64,000 nt of DNA, taken from Azolla caroliniana (Eukaryota > Plantae > Polypodiophyta). Below the pieces are notes generated by a model. It worked only from the letters and a program-made list of their open reading frames with translations, did no database searches and was not told the DNA's origin. The DNA lies in contig JBHGNT010000001.1 in NCBI GenBank assembly GCA_043228905.1, positions 29,016,001-29,080,000 of the forward strand. The letters are read 5' to 3'. Below, piece by piece: positions 36,621 through 51,400 of the stretch (the first letter of the stretch is position 1; every line of letters starts with the position of its first letter). Position numbers and translations under genes: made by a program.

Positions 36621-38985
36621 ATATATTCTCTCCACTTTATAGCCATTCAAATATTTTATTAGATTGAGAAATTGTGTTTCTTATGGCATATGACAAACTT
36701 CCCATTCTTTACTTTTCTTTTGTGTATGGTTTATCCTTACACTTATTAACAAGGCTTTGTCCATCTACGCCATGGCCAACTTGACTGATCCTACACTAGT
36801 TATACACACACTCGATGCTTGCTCCAAACCACAACACTTGCATTCAACCTTTTTCACCCGCACTTTCTAATTACAATATCAAGGAAATTATTATATCATA
36901 CTAAAGTAGAGATGTATACTATTGAAGTTCCACACAATATGGAAATGATGTTGAAACTTGAAAGCTTGTTTATCGAGTGATAGTTTAGTATTATGTATTA
37001 TCAAGGAGAACTATTAAATCCTACTCTATTATCACATTTCATCAAACACGGGTATAAAAGAAGAAGTTTTTTGAAAAAAAAAAGAAGAAAGAAGAATGTC
37101 AAAACTAGAGAGTTCCAATTTTTATGGGATAAAAGGAGACATTTTTATTCAAGTGAATAAAAATACTATTAAAGTTGTTGAGCATTAAGAAACATATCAA
37201 GAATTTGAGAAAATTGTTGCAAAATTTATAGTAGAATATAAACTAGATTATTCAATCATTGAAAATCTAGCAATACATATACTTCAAAGATGCCTTTTCA
37301 AGTGGAAAAAACTATGTATTACATTATCATAGGATTTTAGAATCCAACAAAACATATTTGAGAGATTTTATGTAATCCATAAAACTCAAGTAGGTCCTAG
37401 GGTTCACGATTCTAAATAAACGCATCCATTGAAATGATATTGGACTATGTTTACCAAGAGATGCTAAAGTAGGAAACTAGTTGCTTGCTTTGGTCTAGGC
37501 CTATGGAGGAATTCCTCTTCTTTATTGTTTGATTTGTTGGAGATAATTTGAACTTATCCTAGTATGTTACAGTCACATATCATTAAATTTCCATGTGCAT
37601 ATAATGGAAAGGATGTAAAGCACTGCCCCTCAATGTTTTTGGTTTTGTTAAGGCCATTGAATCCTGCAGCATTTTAGTCAAATCTCATAAACTAATCATC
37701 CCATTTCAATAAATTCCATATAAAAAGGAACTTAGGAAGCTCCATCAATTAGAGAGAAATGTCTTTTTATTTGTTCCTCCACCATCGTCAATGTCAATGA
37801 AATACTTGCAAAAGAAGTTTACTATTAAAATCCATTTAAACTTTTTACAACATAATCTAACAGTGAATACTACAAAAACATCTACAAAAACAAAACCCTT
37901 CTTGCTTTGAACAAGCATGAAGGAAAAATTAAACAAACACATCAACATGTTGAAATTCTGCTCAAAGATTAACTAAATCAAATTCATAACAAAACCTCTT
38001 GGGCCTGATTTATTTGTAATCTCAACAAAAAAAGGGTATGCGCCTACATATTTTTTTGAAACCCCTTTTATCCACGCTGAAATGCATTCATTTGTTTTCA
38101 GCACTGAGCCATCATTATGGTCAGAGAGTGTTCAATGCTCAATTGATCAATATATATGTATATGTATATGTAACATGGGATACAAAATATTACAATATTC
38201 TTCAAGCCATATCAAACGGGAGGTTCCGAAACACATGAATTTGGATGACTGAAATATATCAACTACATGGTTTGATCCAATTATTATTCAACCAATCAAT
38301 CAAAACCATCAATTCCATTTCTGATTCGATGATGGCCATAGGTAGCTGAGGAATATTCCCTCGACACTGATACAATAAAATCCATAGAATAAATTCTGAT
38401 AGCATATCATCCATTTCATGCATTTTCTCATACATTACTGTACAATAACAAATGCAAAGCAATCATTTCCGCTGGTAGAAGTTGATTTATTCCATTCCCA
38501 AAGGCATTTGAGATTCCATCCGGGAAAACTAATGGAATAATAATATAAAACAGTCATCTAAATCTAGTTGTAGAATCTCTCCAGAAAGGTTATAATCCAA
38601 CCTTTTATTGGGGGTAAATGTTTTCTTTTTGCACTGTTTTATTCAGTGGAAAGAGAATCCCAATTGCGGGTCTCCTTCTGATAATATGATAATGAGATTG
38701 AGAATGAGAATAATAAATAACAAATAATAAATAATCCCTACTTGAATTATGGTAATCATATCCATGGCTTCTTTTTCCATGCCCAGACAGTGGTAGGTAC
38801 TTCATTACTGAAGCACCAGATATGATAACTTAGTCTGTGGTTTTAAAACCAGACAATAACCATTTCCATGCCAGAGAACAAATCAAAAAATGATATAGGA
38901 TAATTGAATAACGTGGCCAGGGTCATTTGAAACATTTGCATATCCCACCCGAAAGAAATAATGGGTATATACAAGTTTGCTTCAT

Positions 38986-41373
38986 TCAAGCTACGATTTG
39001 ATCCAAGTGCATGTTCTCCATCCATGACCCAAGAACAGAGAGATCAGCATCTCGAGAAGAAGCACAATCGTCAGAGGCACTGGCATTGATACCAGACTCT
39101 TCCTTAACTATCGTCTCAACCCATGCTTCCTCCTGTCTTTCTCTTAGATCAAATGAAGAAGACTTTTTAAACCTCGACAAATCTTCTCTTTGCATCCCCC
39201 ACTCTAGCTTTCCAGTGGGAGAACCCCAACCACACAAAGGAGAATTTGCTCCTAACTCTCTTGAACTATGACTTTTTGTATCACCCTGAGAAAAAGACGC
39301 TTGAACTGCTAGTATCCCTGGTTTTAATGCCACACCATTGCTAGTCTTTCTATCAACATCTAACCCTCCAAATGATGACATTCGACCAAGTGAACCGAGG
39401 TTATAAGATGGTGATTGTGTTAAAGAATACTGCCTTGGAGATCCTTGCAAGTTAGGCTCAGGTAACATAAGTGTTTGTGTAGAAGGATAAAGCTTTGGAG
39501 GGCATTGCAAGTTAAACTCGGGTAACGCAAGTGTTTGAGTAGAAGCATAATGCTTTGGAGAGCTTTGCACTAGAGACTCTAGAGCTGTTTGCCGTTGCAT
39601 TTGTATTTGCATTTGATCGGATATGGACATAAAGGCTTGTGAGGACGGTTTCATCTGTGTTTCGATCATCAATGAGTCATGCATCGTAGACTGAGGAGAT
39701 GAAACCATCTCTGATGCAAAAAAGTCTTCGAGATTCGTGGGTGAAACACTGACCTCCAAACCTTTATATTGTCCAACTCTGGACGACGAAGTCCCAGAGG
39801 CCGAGGCTGCAATAGCTGCATTTAACCTGGCTTGAGTCGAGAGTGCCTGAGAAGAGATAGAAGAAGTTTCACTCACAATCTGTCCATCGAACTCTGACAT
39901 CCTTCCCAGCTCATCTAGAGAGAGATCACGAGCATTTAAGGCTGATCTCAGTCTACTAGCATGTAGACTCATCCCTGGGAGATGAAGTGGTGGTAGATTG
40001 GATGATGACGACCAAGCACCAGAGAGAGAATTAGCTGGAGAGGATGATGGAGACAAACACGGCGTTGTTCCATGATTAACCTGTACAACAGTATTATTTG
40101 ACAAGGAAAATGAACTCATCATTAAGCTCGATGATGGAGAACCTGGAGCCAGAGGAGGGCTCATTGTTGCCACATCTCTTGGAGAAGTTATTGATGAACC
40201 AGAAGACACATATAAGGGTCTAAGCTCATGGGTTTTATGAGCAAAAAAACACACTCGTCTTGCACAATCGGTGCCATCTTTGCATAGGCGAGTTCTGTAT
40301 TGAGCAGGATGTAGCCAACATTCAAATACGCCATGTGCGTATTCACATGCATCACCCCTCCTGCATGAGCCCTTTCGAAAATCGGGGCAAGGGACACAAC
40401 TATAGTGATACCTTCTCGGATCCCTTCTACGAGCATTTTCGCCTGGATGGACAAAAGGACACTCTGTCCAATCATGTGAATACGCCCTCGAACATGGACG
40501 TATTTTGAAAGAGAACATGCGGAATTCATCTGTTGTGTACATGCTATTCTTGATATCTGGTATAGATGGATCAATTGGGTATTCCCTTGATTTCTCATTT
40601 CCTTCCTTAGCTGTACATTTATCTGATTCCCTGGGGGAGGATGAAGGAGACTGATTAGATGTCCCAGAGGAGGAGGATATAGCTATAGGTAGAACATCAT
40701 CATCTCCTACAACACTCGATCCATTGAAATCAAGTGATTGAAAAGGTTCATCACATTCAAGCCTCTCAAATATATCAACCTGTGGAAAGATGGTGGCCTC
40801 GGATGCCACTTTCAATATGATTTCCAACGTTTCCTTCACATGTTTCAACCTTGGAAAGCTAGCAATCACATCAGCGGGCCTTCTTCCTTGAGCATCGACC
40901 ACATTCAAGTCAGCTCCGTGTTCAAGTAGAAGCTTCACAGTCTCAATCGCACGTAGAGAACCGCCCGCAGCAGCGCAGTGCAGTGATGTGCTTCCATCTG
41001 AACCACAAGCCATGTTAATTTGTCCATAGGAATCAGATAAGCCTAGAATATACTTGAGCACATCCACACTCCCATACAAGGAAGCGATCATCGCTGGATT
41101 CCTCTGCTCTAATACCATGCGCGTTGTGCCACTTTGTCGGCTATACCAACTTCCAAAGCCAAAGGTTCTTGCCTTACCGTCTTTGATGGCCTCTTTGAAA
41201 CCTTCCAAGTCATTTTCAGCAGCTAATTCTAATAGATCAGAGATAGGATCTCCCTCTTGTTCATTCAGAACATCCATAGAATAATGGATTGTGGACCCTT
41301 GAGAGTTGGAAAGAACATTCTCACATGTATTGCTGGGACTGTTTCCAGACTGTTGTTCCAGTTCTCCACACAT
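38986..41373 (-). CDS. TZF: Ankyrin-repeat RR-type tandem CCCH zinc-finger protein (Arabidopsis TZF7-11/OXS2-like group)
   Basis: 795-aa single coding exon. Ankyrin repeats: [43 protein letters not shown] core: [22 protein letters not shown]...[20 protein letters not shown]...[17 protein letters not shown]-terminal motif: [11 protein letters not shown]. Confidence 0.95.
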   Translation of the reverse strand: MCGELEQQSGNSPSNTCENVLSNSQGSTIHYSMDVLNEQEGDPISDLLELAAENDLEGFKEAIKDGKARTFGFGSWYSRQSGTTRMVLEQRNPAMIASLYGSVDVLKYILGLSDSYGQINMACGSDGSTSLHCAAAGGSLRAIETVKLLLEHGADLNVVDAQGRRPADVIASFPRLKHVKETLEIILKVASEATIFPQVDIFERLECDEPFQSLDFNGSSVVGDDDVLPIAISSSSGTSNQSPSSSPRESDKCTAKEGNEKSREYPIDPSIPDIKNSMYTTDEFRMFSFKIRPCSRAYSHDWTECPFVHPGENARRRDPRRYHYSCVPCPDFRKGSCRRGDACEYAHGVFECWLHPAQYRTRLCKDGTDCARRVCFFAHKTHELRPLYVSSGSSITSPRDVATMSPPLAPGSPSSSLMMSSFSLSNNTVVQVNHGTTPCLSPSSSPANSLSGAWSSSSNLPPLHLPGMSLHASRLRSALNARDLSLDELGRMSEFDGQIVSETSSISSQALSTQARLNAAIAASASGTSSSRVGQYKGLEVSVSPTNLEDFFASEMVSSPQSTMHDSLMIETQMKPSSQAFMSISDQMQIQMQRQTALESLVQSSPKHYASTQTLALPEFNLQCPPKLYPSTQTLMLPEPNLQGSPRQYSLTQSPSYNLGSLGRMSSFGGLDVDRKTSNGVALKPGILAVQASFSQGDTKSHSSRELGANSPLCGWGSPTGKLEWGMQREDLSRFKKSSSFDLRERQEEAWVETIVKEESGINASASDDCASSRDADLSVLGSWMENMHLDQIVA

Positions 41374-41415
41374 TCTTTAATTCTGTCTCAATTTCACTAT
41401 GTCTCCGAGACCACC

Positions 41416-42546
41416 CTGACAAGATGAAAATAAAATAAAAATCATAGTAAAACATGTTCATGAGCATCAAAGAAGGGGGAAAACAAAAAACAAGCCATTT
41501 TAACATCACAGGGTGTTCATAAGCAGCAGAAATGGGAAATAAAGAAAATGAAAGCATTTAATATCATAGCATATTGTCCGTAAGCAGCAAAGAACGAAAT
41601 ACTGAAGCTTTATGTTTCATACAGACCAAAGAAGGGACCATCATAGGATGTTGTTCATAAGCACTAGAGCAGGGAATAAAGAATAAAGAAGCATTATTTA
41701 CCCAAAGGAGGAATGGGATAAAGGTACTTATCTATGCATGCATAGACATCATGAAATACGAATTAGTTAAACTTCGTATAGAAAGAGTTCTCTAATTGTA
41801 TGAGAAAAATCATAAATGACATAATCTCGACTGTGATAACAGAACAGTCTACGAGGAACCTTATGCATAAGTAAACAAAAGTGTGAATCGAAAGTGAAAA
41901 TTCTGGTTCAGGAATTCCTAAGAAATATATCATCCATTAAGAGAAGAAAGAAAAGGGCAATTTTCAAGCAAGCAAAACCTCTTTTTTTCATAATAGAGAA
42001 TTACATGTATGATGACGCTTTTCTTGAAGGCATTGGCTGCTTAAGAAAAAGGTATATGTGGATCAAGCATTTAGAAGAAACGAGAACGGAAGGGAAAGAT
42101 TTTGAGACTGAAACTTAGAAATGGAATTATGGTATGATAATCGGCAAGATTTCGGTACAGAAACTTAGAAATAGAATTATCCTAAGATAATCGCGATATT
42201 AATGATAGAGATCTTTCAATTAGAACTAAGAAAATGAGGGGGAAATGAAATTAACAAAAATCATGTAGGTTTATCTATCTGTGATTGCAAATTGAGAGAG
42301 AGAGACGGGTCAGCCTTTGTTCGTTTAACTGATGAAGAAACGATACAGCGAGGGCGAGAGAGAGAGAGAGAGAGAGAATCTTAGGCCTTTGTTCACTTAA
42401 CTGATGGATCAGAGAAGGAATGATGAAGAAAAAGGGAACCAGGAAAGGTCAGGAAACTCCAGCGAAACAGAGAAAGAGGAGAACAGAAACAGTGTGGAGA
42501 AGCAGGGCAGAAGAAACGTAGATAAAGGGAAGGGAAGGGAAGATAC
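41416..42546 (-). other. Probable 5'UTR intron of the TZF gene
   Basis: Minus-strand donor ccag|GTATCT at 42546 and acceptor ttttcatcttgtcAG| at 41416, 42 nt upstream of the ATG. A CT-rich leader exon lies at about 42547-42700. Confidence 0.6.
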
Positions 42547-45447
42547 CTGGAGCTCGGAAGAAGGTATCTGATCTCTGCGATTTCCTCTTCGTTTCTGGTG
42601 GATATGGAGAACAAACAGAAGCTTTCGTCGTGGCGACCAGGAGAAGGAGAGAGAGAAAGAGAGAACGAAAAAAACGAGAGAAACGCAGAGGATGCAAATG
42701 AAAAGAAAAAGAAAAATAGAAGTGATTGATTGATTGATTGATTGATATGTAAAAACTCTCAAACACTACCCTCAAAACTCATCCCAACCCAACCCAACAA
42801 AACAAACACACACGCACCCCCCCCCCCCCCCCAATAATAATAATAACCAAAAACCCGAGATACCGCATGAGGCAAGCAAACACACAGAGATAGAGACATA
42901 GAGACTGAGCCGGCTCTGAGAGACGGACGAAATGAACGGTAATGTGTGTGACTCCGACAACATGGCATCCATCCGTCCATACTCATCCACGCAAGGCCCG
43001 ACCAATGTCCTCGTTCCTTCGTGTTCACACCTAGCACTAGCACCAGCACCAACTATTTCCTATCATCCCAATGGGCGGACGAACGGACTCCCGACATCGA
43101 AAAAAAAGTCCGGCAAGAAGCCCTTGACCATCTCAACTCTTCCCTTCCTAGTGCCCCCCCCCCCCCCCCCAATACACACACATTCACTCATTAGAATCGC
43201 TTGTTCCTTTTAACTTCGTGTTTATTATATTCTCAGCATATTATGGTTCCCTACTTATGCTTTTCTTTTCTTTTCCTTTCAAGCACAAAGAACAAAATCA
43301 TATTGGTGTACGTTGAAGAATTCATATTGGTGCCCATCATTGACATATAAACACCCTTTAACCAAGAGCGTATACAATCCCGGCCCCTCCAACACCACGC
43401 CCACACCCACACCCACCTGATGTAGTCTAAGGTACGAGGACAAAATACATAATATGGAACAAATCTAAGCAGTGGAGGACACTCAACAATGGGTTATTGT
43501 TGTCCATTAAGAGATTATTGCCTTCCTTGACATTTTCGTTGCTAGATACCTCCAATGTAATGTGAAGTTACTTGATTGGTATCATAATCCCCCCAAGTTC
43601 ATCATTTCTAGTGTTTTCTTTTTCAATTCATATTGCCTTATCTTGGGAAGTGTAATTATAGAAAAATAGTTGCATATTTATACGTGAATGCAAATTCTAA
43701 TTAACTGCAGCTATTTTGGGTTTCGATTTTCAAATGAATATTGAGTTCTTCGGTCATAAGGTTTGCAAATAGGAGGCTCAATTAAATGCGTTAAGTGACA
43801 TATTATTATGTAATTTTAATTGACAGAGGTAATGGTGAATTTGAGGATGTGTATTTAAATTTGAAACTTCATATTCGAATATTGGAGTTGAAACATTGAA
43901 TTGGCTCTCAAATTTACAACTCATCAATTGTACTTAGGGGACATTTGCCATAGATGTTTTTAGATGAAACCTACACATTTAACTATCAAAACATTATCCT
44001 CTCATGTATTTTTCAACCTATTAAATTCAAAATCCTCAGCCAACTTTTGGTGAATTAAGGTCCTGTTTTCCTTGACTTTTTGTCACACACATAAAATTTG
44101 TCCTTTAAACTAGCTTTTTGCTCCTCAATATTTTGCAACCAACAAAAAACCATGTATTTACAAAATTAATAACCATTATGAATGTTCCCTTTCTTATCTC
44201 AAAAGACATTGCCTTTCCACATCTTACCCTTATCTTTTTTGTTGATATTTATACCATCATACTCTTGAATTCGAGAGCAAGAGAAGCATGATACCTTATA
44301 TTTCTTGTATACATGCAAAGGGTTCCAAAAGTCAAGTGATATGCTATTATTGCACTTTGACACCGAAGGATATGGTGCAACATTTGCGGTACCCTACAAT
44401 CAAAACGAATTGTTGCACCCTATTAGAATATCATGTGTTGAAAGAGGTTTGGAAAACATATCATTTTTCTTAATGATAGGATTCCATGGCACCAAAGTCA
44501 AACGTTTGTAGAACCCAACTTTGAAATTTTTTCGTTAGTCTTATCTTAGATGAAAATCACGTTAGGTTAAGTGATCTCAACTAGATTAAAGGAGCTAATC
44601 AATATATGGAGCATAAAACTAACATCTCAATTATTATGGGGATAGAAAAAAGCAAATCTTCATTAGTTACCGTAAGCAAAAGTTGGTGTGTTACTTTAAA
44701 GTTTTTGTTCACTCTTGCCAGGTTGAAATATAAATGTTCTGACTCATCCATCTAATGAAAAAGCAACATGCACTTGATGTCAAAGTTTCAAGGAACATAA
44801 TAATGATTTCTCTCTTTTTCCACTTTCTAGATGCATGTGATCTACATGATCTCTTTCACATAAAATATCATAATAAAGTAGCATATACTTCAAATTGACA
44901 CTACAAAAACAACTTAGCCTTACTATTCATGTTACCAATACAAGAATCCTTACGGTAGCTCAACCCTCTTAAGGGTCCAAGGACAAACTAAAATAAAGGT
45001 AACTGTTTTTGGGAAAAGATGCTTGTAGAACTTAGTTGAGATATGATATGGAAACTTATCTAATAAGATTTTTCGAGGTAAAGATGAAGAAACAACTAAA
45101 AACAATGGAGTAATATGGCAATATTCGTAGACAATAAACAAGTCATAGATCAAACTAATGTTATCCTATTGCTCACAATGTTTTCACAATATAAGAGTTG
45201 CACTACAAATGTTGTGATTGGGTAAAATCTCCTCATTTTTTGCTAGCACCACATGTGTGACACAATGCATAAATATTCGTTTATTGTCTTCATGAAGGAA
45301 GGACCCTATTTGTACAACCACAAGCAACCAATCGCGATATCAACAAGATCCATATGCATATAATAAAGAAGCCAATACACACAAACAATGTTGTTACACA
45401 CACAAGGGAACGTTTTTCGAATTGTGTATGCCATATGTAACTAATAA

Positions 45448-45449
<2 letters not shown>

Positions 45450-45486
<37 letters not shown>
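45450..45486. repeat. (GA)n microsatellite
   Basis: About 18 AG units. Other microsatellites are (GA)n 2338-2361, (GAAT)n 2630-2657 and (TG)n 6913-6932. Confidence 0.9.
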
Positions 45487-45488
<2 letters not shown>

Positions 45489-46609
45489 ATATGGATGGTT
45501 GCCCAATGGAGACCAGGTGGTCAAGGGTTCAACCCCTACATTCCACAGTGGCATCTAGTGAAATAAGAGATATCTATGGAGTGTGTGTGTGAGAGAGAGA
45601 ATGAGAATGAGAATAAAGATGATGATGTCAATTACCAAACCATTCACAAGGGGAGAGGGCTGCTTTATATAAAATCATGTTGTCATTGCCATCTCACAAA
45701 CATATGCCCACTACTTGTGGGACACGTAAGACAATTGAGCGAGGTATCTCAACGCGTGCATCTTCAAGATTAAATGTGTCATAGATCAACCATACAACAA
45801 GGTTGTTATGCTTTCGTCACTCACTCTAAAGCTTGGCAGATTCGGTGGACAATGGCCATGTACCTTCTAAAATTATCTATGCTTATCAAATCCAAGCACT
45901 TTGGTGTAGATATTTGTTGTTGAGGAGATGTTGAAGGTATCCATCTCTTGCTAGCATATCAATGTGCTCCAACAAGCTCCAATGACCATCTTTCTTTTTC
46001 TCTTAAAAAGATACACCTTCGTATTATGAAACCTCCAATGACCATCTTGAACAACCTTTCTTCATGTTTGAGCAACGTAATCACTTGTTGGCCATTTGCA
46101 TGGCCTTGTTCATTTCGGATCTCCTCTCAATAACCACAATAAGATCGATGTCTATGTAGGAGTGTGTTTCACTCCTTTGAATGTTTTGCCACAATGATCA
46201 ATCCATGACCCATAAAAGATCTCAAGTACACTTGACACCTAATTCATCTCGTGTTCTCCATTTTTATACTCAACTATAATGGTCTTTTTGTACTAATATT
46301 GCAGAACATCTATAACCACTATCACGATCCCTATATGTGCCAGTGCATTTGAATCAAGCCTCAAAAATGAAAAACTTGTATTTCAACTCAATTCAAATGG
46401 GAGAAATTGGAGTCAAGCTCTCTCGCACCTCATCCATCACATCCAATTTGGGGACTCATATGGGTCCCCGTGTTTGTTTATACTATAGTGTTGCAAATTG
46501 AAGCCTGCAATTACACATACCTTGTGGATTGAAAAAATCCACAATGGTTCGCAGTTGCGGAGAAAGGAAGAATACAACAAGCAAAGAAGATGAAATTGTT
46601 ATCAATGTT

Positions 46610-46760
46610 GAACTCTAAAATGGATAGGTCTCCCAAGTGAAAATCTTCATCAGATAAACTTTGCATCATTGAGCCAAAAAATGCATAAATACCTTGTAGA
46701 ACAATGATATTGGGGTTATATTGAAGGCAACCTTATGAAACCTACAAACCCAAAACGTGA
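46610..46760 (+). mobile_element. Decayed Copia gag N-terminal fragment
   Basis: Reads NFASLSQKMHKYLVEQ*YWGYIEG...KPTNP, similar to the NY..W...M...L....LW..V.G start of Copia Gag. Confidence 0.4.
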
Positions 46761-48496
46761 AAAGTTTCATTCAAGAACTTATTTTCTTAATATTAAGTTG
46801 AAATATGCACATTTTACAATCTCCTCAACATGTAAATGTGTATGAGAGTATTAAAAAGTCAAGATGTTAAGGAAAATGTAGCGAATATTGTTTGTTGACA
46901 TGCTACTCTTAAAAGCATATTTTTGACCATCCAATAAAAAGTGAAGATTAGCTTTAATAAAACATTTGAGAAACAAGATATGCATTTTGGTTATGTTTTC
47001 ATTGACAAGTTGTGACTATCAATAAAAATGTGGTGTTATGGTCCCACGAAAGAATATGTGAGCTAATATTGCACTTTGCATCACTACCATACTCGACGTT
47101 TGATTAATTAAGAGTGTTCAGTAATCACACATCCATTCATTAACCTTGTTTTTCAATAAATGCATTGAATCTTTTCTTGATACTTCTTAAAGTGAAGCGT
47201 GAATACATAGCCTCAAGCTTTGTTTTTCCAGAATGTGGGCTCAATGAAAGAATCATTACTTTATTGTTAGGCTTTTTTGTATACAACGTTGTCAATTTTC
47301 TTTGTTCTAGCTATGGTTTTCCATAGCCCCTCGTATATTAAGAAATAAAATGTTGAGTAATATTGTGGTGTGTGTTCCTTTGTGCCACCCATTTAGCACA
47401 CCCTTTTTAACATGCATGTAGCTAAACCAACCCAGCCTTTTAGCACGCATGTAGCTAAACCAACCCAAATGGGTACCTTTTATCAACTATAAATTGAGCA
47501 AGAAGTAAGAAGCTAAGTAGAGTGGTTTTGATCTCTTATGTGCATTTCACATATTGGTGGAGATTCGGGGTAATATTTTAGCCGCTAACACCTTGTTCAT
47601 GGTGTCCAAACTCCCTCCCGTCGCCTCCGAATTTGATACCCCTATGTAGCCCAAGTTCTCCCAGCCTCATGAGCGGCCACCCCACTTCCAAATGGAGTAT
47701 CTCTTGTGAGTCCTCTCCAACGTTATGCTTCAAATCAGCTCTTGAAACTTACCTTTAGGGTGCTGATGGAAGAGCCAGCCCCCCATGTCCAAGCGTTCAC
47801 CTCTTCAATCACTCCACCCACACCATCTTGATAGACTCTGGTAATAGTATCTCTTTCATTAGCGTCGCCTTAGTTCACCAGTTAGGTCTCCCGACATCCA
47901 CTGCTCATTCCATCCAAGTCCTTTTTGGCGATCACCAACATCTATACCACTCTCGCACGCAAGCCCGTTGCACCATCACCTTAGGCAATCTCACTTTCTC
48001 ACACCATTTTTATGTCTTGCCCCACAAACTCTTTCCCCCTCACCTTAGGTTATGATTGGTTCCTCAAGTGTCGTACTATAATTGATTTCACTGCCCACCA
48101 ACTTCTTGTCCCACGAGCTCCCTCGATCCCCCTCCTACATGATAGCCCTCCTGTCCCCCACCTCAGCCAAGTCCATGTGGCCTTTAGTCCACAGAAGCGA
48201 TTGATCTCTATCCGCCAATTGCTAGTTCGTTTTCCGTCACTAGCCCTGCCCAACTATTATCTAATCAAAGCCGCCAGTTCCACAGGGATGTCCTCAACTT
48301 CGTTGCAGCTCAACCAGGTGTCCAATAGGTGTTTATATCCCCATACCATCCTCAGACAAATGGCCTCATTGAATGCCTCAACAAGACCTTCAACAAGGAG
48401 ATTGCCGCTTACATCGATCCATGCCACAAAAACAGGGGTAAAATATTGCCTTTCCTCACCCACGCCTACAATATGTCCGTATAGGTGTCGACATGA

Positions 48497-51400
48497 TGTT
48501 GGGATTACGGTCCCTTCGGATGGGATGGTCGGATCCGGTTGTCGGTTTCGGATCCGGATGACGAAGACCCCAGTTTCGGTACCGGATGACGAATGTACCC
48601 GGAGAGCGATCCGGATGCAGGGACATATCCGTGAATATGTTCGCTATGGGCCCCTGAGGCTACAGTTGTAAATAGCCCAAAGTCATATGAGTATAAATAT
48701 GACTTAGGGCAAACTGTTTTGTTGTTGCTTCTCATTTTTCTGTTTTTTCCACTCAAGAGGAGTGAAGAGTAAGCAGCCGTGAGAGAGAGAGAGAGAGAGA
48801 TAGAGCGCGAGAGAGGAAGAGGACGACGCCTCTGTGTATTTCCGCCGCCTGTGGCGAGGACAGCGAGCTCAAGGTTGTCGCCTTGGAGCTCGTCATTGTA
48901 TACTTCTCTTTGTATAGTGTTGTTTGGAGTCTTGTACTCCCGTGGTTTTTCCCATCTAGGGTTTTCCACGTTAATCACTGTGTACTCGTGTATTTCTCTT
49001 TTGGTTCCTATTTTCTGCTCCATTGATCCGCAATTACTCGGGTGTGGCCGACTGAAGAAGGTGAATCGAAGCGTTGATTCTCAACAAACTGGTATCAGAG
49101 CGACTGTTGCAGAAAATGGAAGGCGGCGGCAGCGGGCAGCCGGGGATGATGGTGCTGAACGCACAGAATTACGCCGACTGGAAGATCAAGATGGAGGATC
49201 TTCTGATTGTTCGGGACCTGTACGAACCGATTGACAGGTCGGAAATACCGAAGGGGGTACTTGAGTCGGAGTGGAAGCTCCTGAACCGGAAAGCCGTAGC
49301 GACGATCCGACAATATGTCGATGTAAGCGTCCTACAACATGTGGCGAACGACACCAACGCATATGAAATGTGGAAGAAGCTGTCGGGCCTCTACGAGAGG
49401 AAGAATGCGTTGAACCGGACCTCCCTGATGAGGAAGATTGTGAATCTCAAGTACCGGGACGGCGAGAGTATGGTGGAACACGTAAGCACGTTCATGGGAT
49501 TCGTGAATCAGCTTGCGGCGATCAAGTTCCCGCTGGAGGATGCAATGCAAGCCATCATCTTGATGTGTACATTGCCGGACAGCTGGGAGAACTTGGTGGT
49601 GACTCTCAGCACCTCCTGCACCGAAGATAACTTGTCCTTGCAAACGGTAAAGACAAGTATCTTGAACGAAGAAGCGCGTCGGAGAGACAAGGAACCGGCC
49701 TCCGAACCGAAGATGCTATTTACCGAATCGGATCGGGGAAGACAATGGAACCGGAGTCCGCAAAGACGGGAGAAGTCGGGGACCCGGTCGCAGTCAAGAG
49801 GAAGGCCCACATGCTTCCACTGTGGGAAGCCGGGGCACTTCCGAAAGAACTGTCGGCATTACCGAAAAGACAACGGAGCCGACGACACCGATTCGAAGAA
49901 GTCACCGGAGAGAAACGGTGCATACCGGGGAGCCACGGACCGGAGAGGTTCGGATCGGCGAGGGCAGGACCGGAAAGGAACGACGGCACTCGCGGCAAGT
50001 GAAGAAGAAATCATGCTCATCACCGAAGAAGGTGAGCTAAACATTGCCGGCGATGAGACGACCTGGGTGGTCGATTCCGGAGCATCGTTCCACCTGACCC
50101 CGGAGAGAAGATACTTCTCATCCTACACAGCCGGGGAGCATGGCTGCGTTCGGATGGGAAACGAAGGTACGTGCCGGATTGCCGGCATAGGAGACGTGTG
50201 GTTGACAACCCCGACCGGATGCAAAATGCTGCTGAAGAATGTCCGACACGTTCCGGAGGTCCGACTGAACCTGATTTCGGCCGGGAGGCTAGATGATGAA
50301 GGCTACACGGGTAGCATCCGGAACGGTGTCATGAAGTTCAGCAAGGGGAGCTTGATAGTGGCTCGGGCCCGGAAGGTCAACACACTGTACCTGATGAATG
50401 CCTGGTTATGTCCGGAAGAGCTGAATGTGGCAGCCGACACTGCCGGTGAGCTGTGGCACAAAAGACTGTGCCACATGAGTACGAAGGGGATGAAGAGGCT
50501 TGCAGAAGACAACCTTATTCCGGTGAAGCATGTGCACCTGGAGAAGTGCACCGACTGCCTGGCCGGTAAGCAGAACCGAACCTCCTTCCACTCAAGGCCA
50601 CCGACGAGACGTAGCGCACCATTGGAGTTGGTGCACACCGACGTGTGTCAGGTAGAAACGAAGTCACATGGCGGAGCCCAGTACTTCGTAACATTCATCG
50701 ATGATCATAGCCGAAAACTGTGGACGGCTCCGATGAAGACAAAGGACCAAGTGTTGTGCGTCTTCAAAGATCTCCACGCGAGAGTGGAAAGGGAATCCGG
50801 CAAGAAGCTGAAAGCGATACGAGCGGATAACGGAGGGGAATACCGGGGGCAGTTCCAGGAGTACTGTCGCTCGAAGGGAATCCGGCTCGAGTTTACTGTG
50901 CCGAAGACGCCGGAACTGAACGGGCTGGCCGAGAGGATGAACCGGACCATAATGGAGAGGGTCCGGAGTATGCTGGCGCATGCGAAATTACCCAAGGGAT
51001 TTTGGGCTGAGGCAATGTCGACGGCGACATATGTGATAAACAGATCACCCTCAGTACCTTTGGACGGAGACACGCCGCAGAGAGTGTGGACCGGTAGGGA
51101 AGTATCCTACCGGCATCTGAAGGTGTTCGGGTGTCTCGCATACGTGCATGTGGCAAAGGACCGGAGAGGGAAGCTAGATCCAAAGACCCGGCCATGCATA
51201 TTCCTCGGTTACGGCGACGACGAGTTCGGCTACCGAGTATGGGACCCGGTCGACAAGAAGATATTCAGGAGTCGAGACATCATCTTCATGGAGGACAAGA
51301 CACTCGCCGACTTGGAGTCGGAGAAGAAGATGAAGAGCTCCAAGTCGACCGGTGAGGATAAACTCTACGAGGAGCAGTCCCGACCGGAAAGGGACCGGTT

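Noticed and set aside
45495-45560. B-box-like gggttcaacccc, a possible SINE head
   Set aside because: There is no convincing A box, tail or TSD.
48505-49023. 172-aa antisense ORF duplicated at 53211-53729
   Set aside because: It lies wholly in the LTRs and crosses a GA microsatellite. The duplication only reflects LTR identity.
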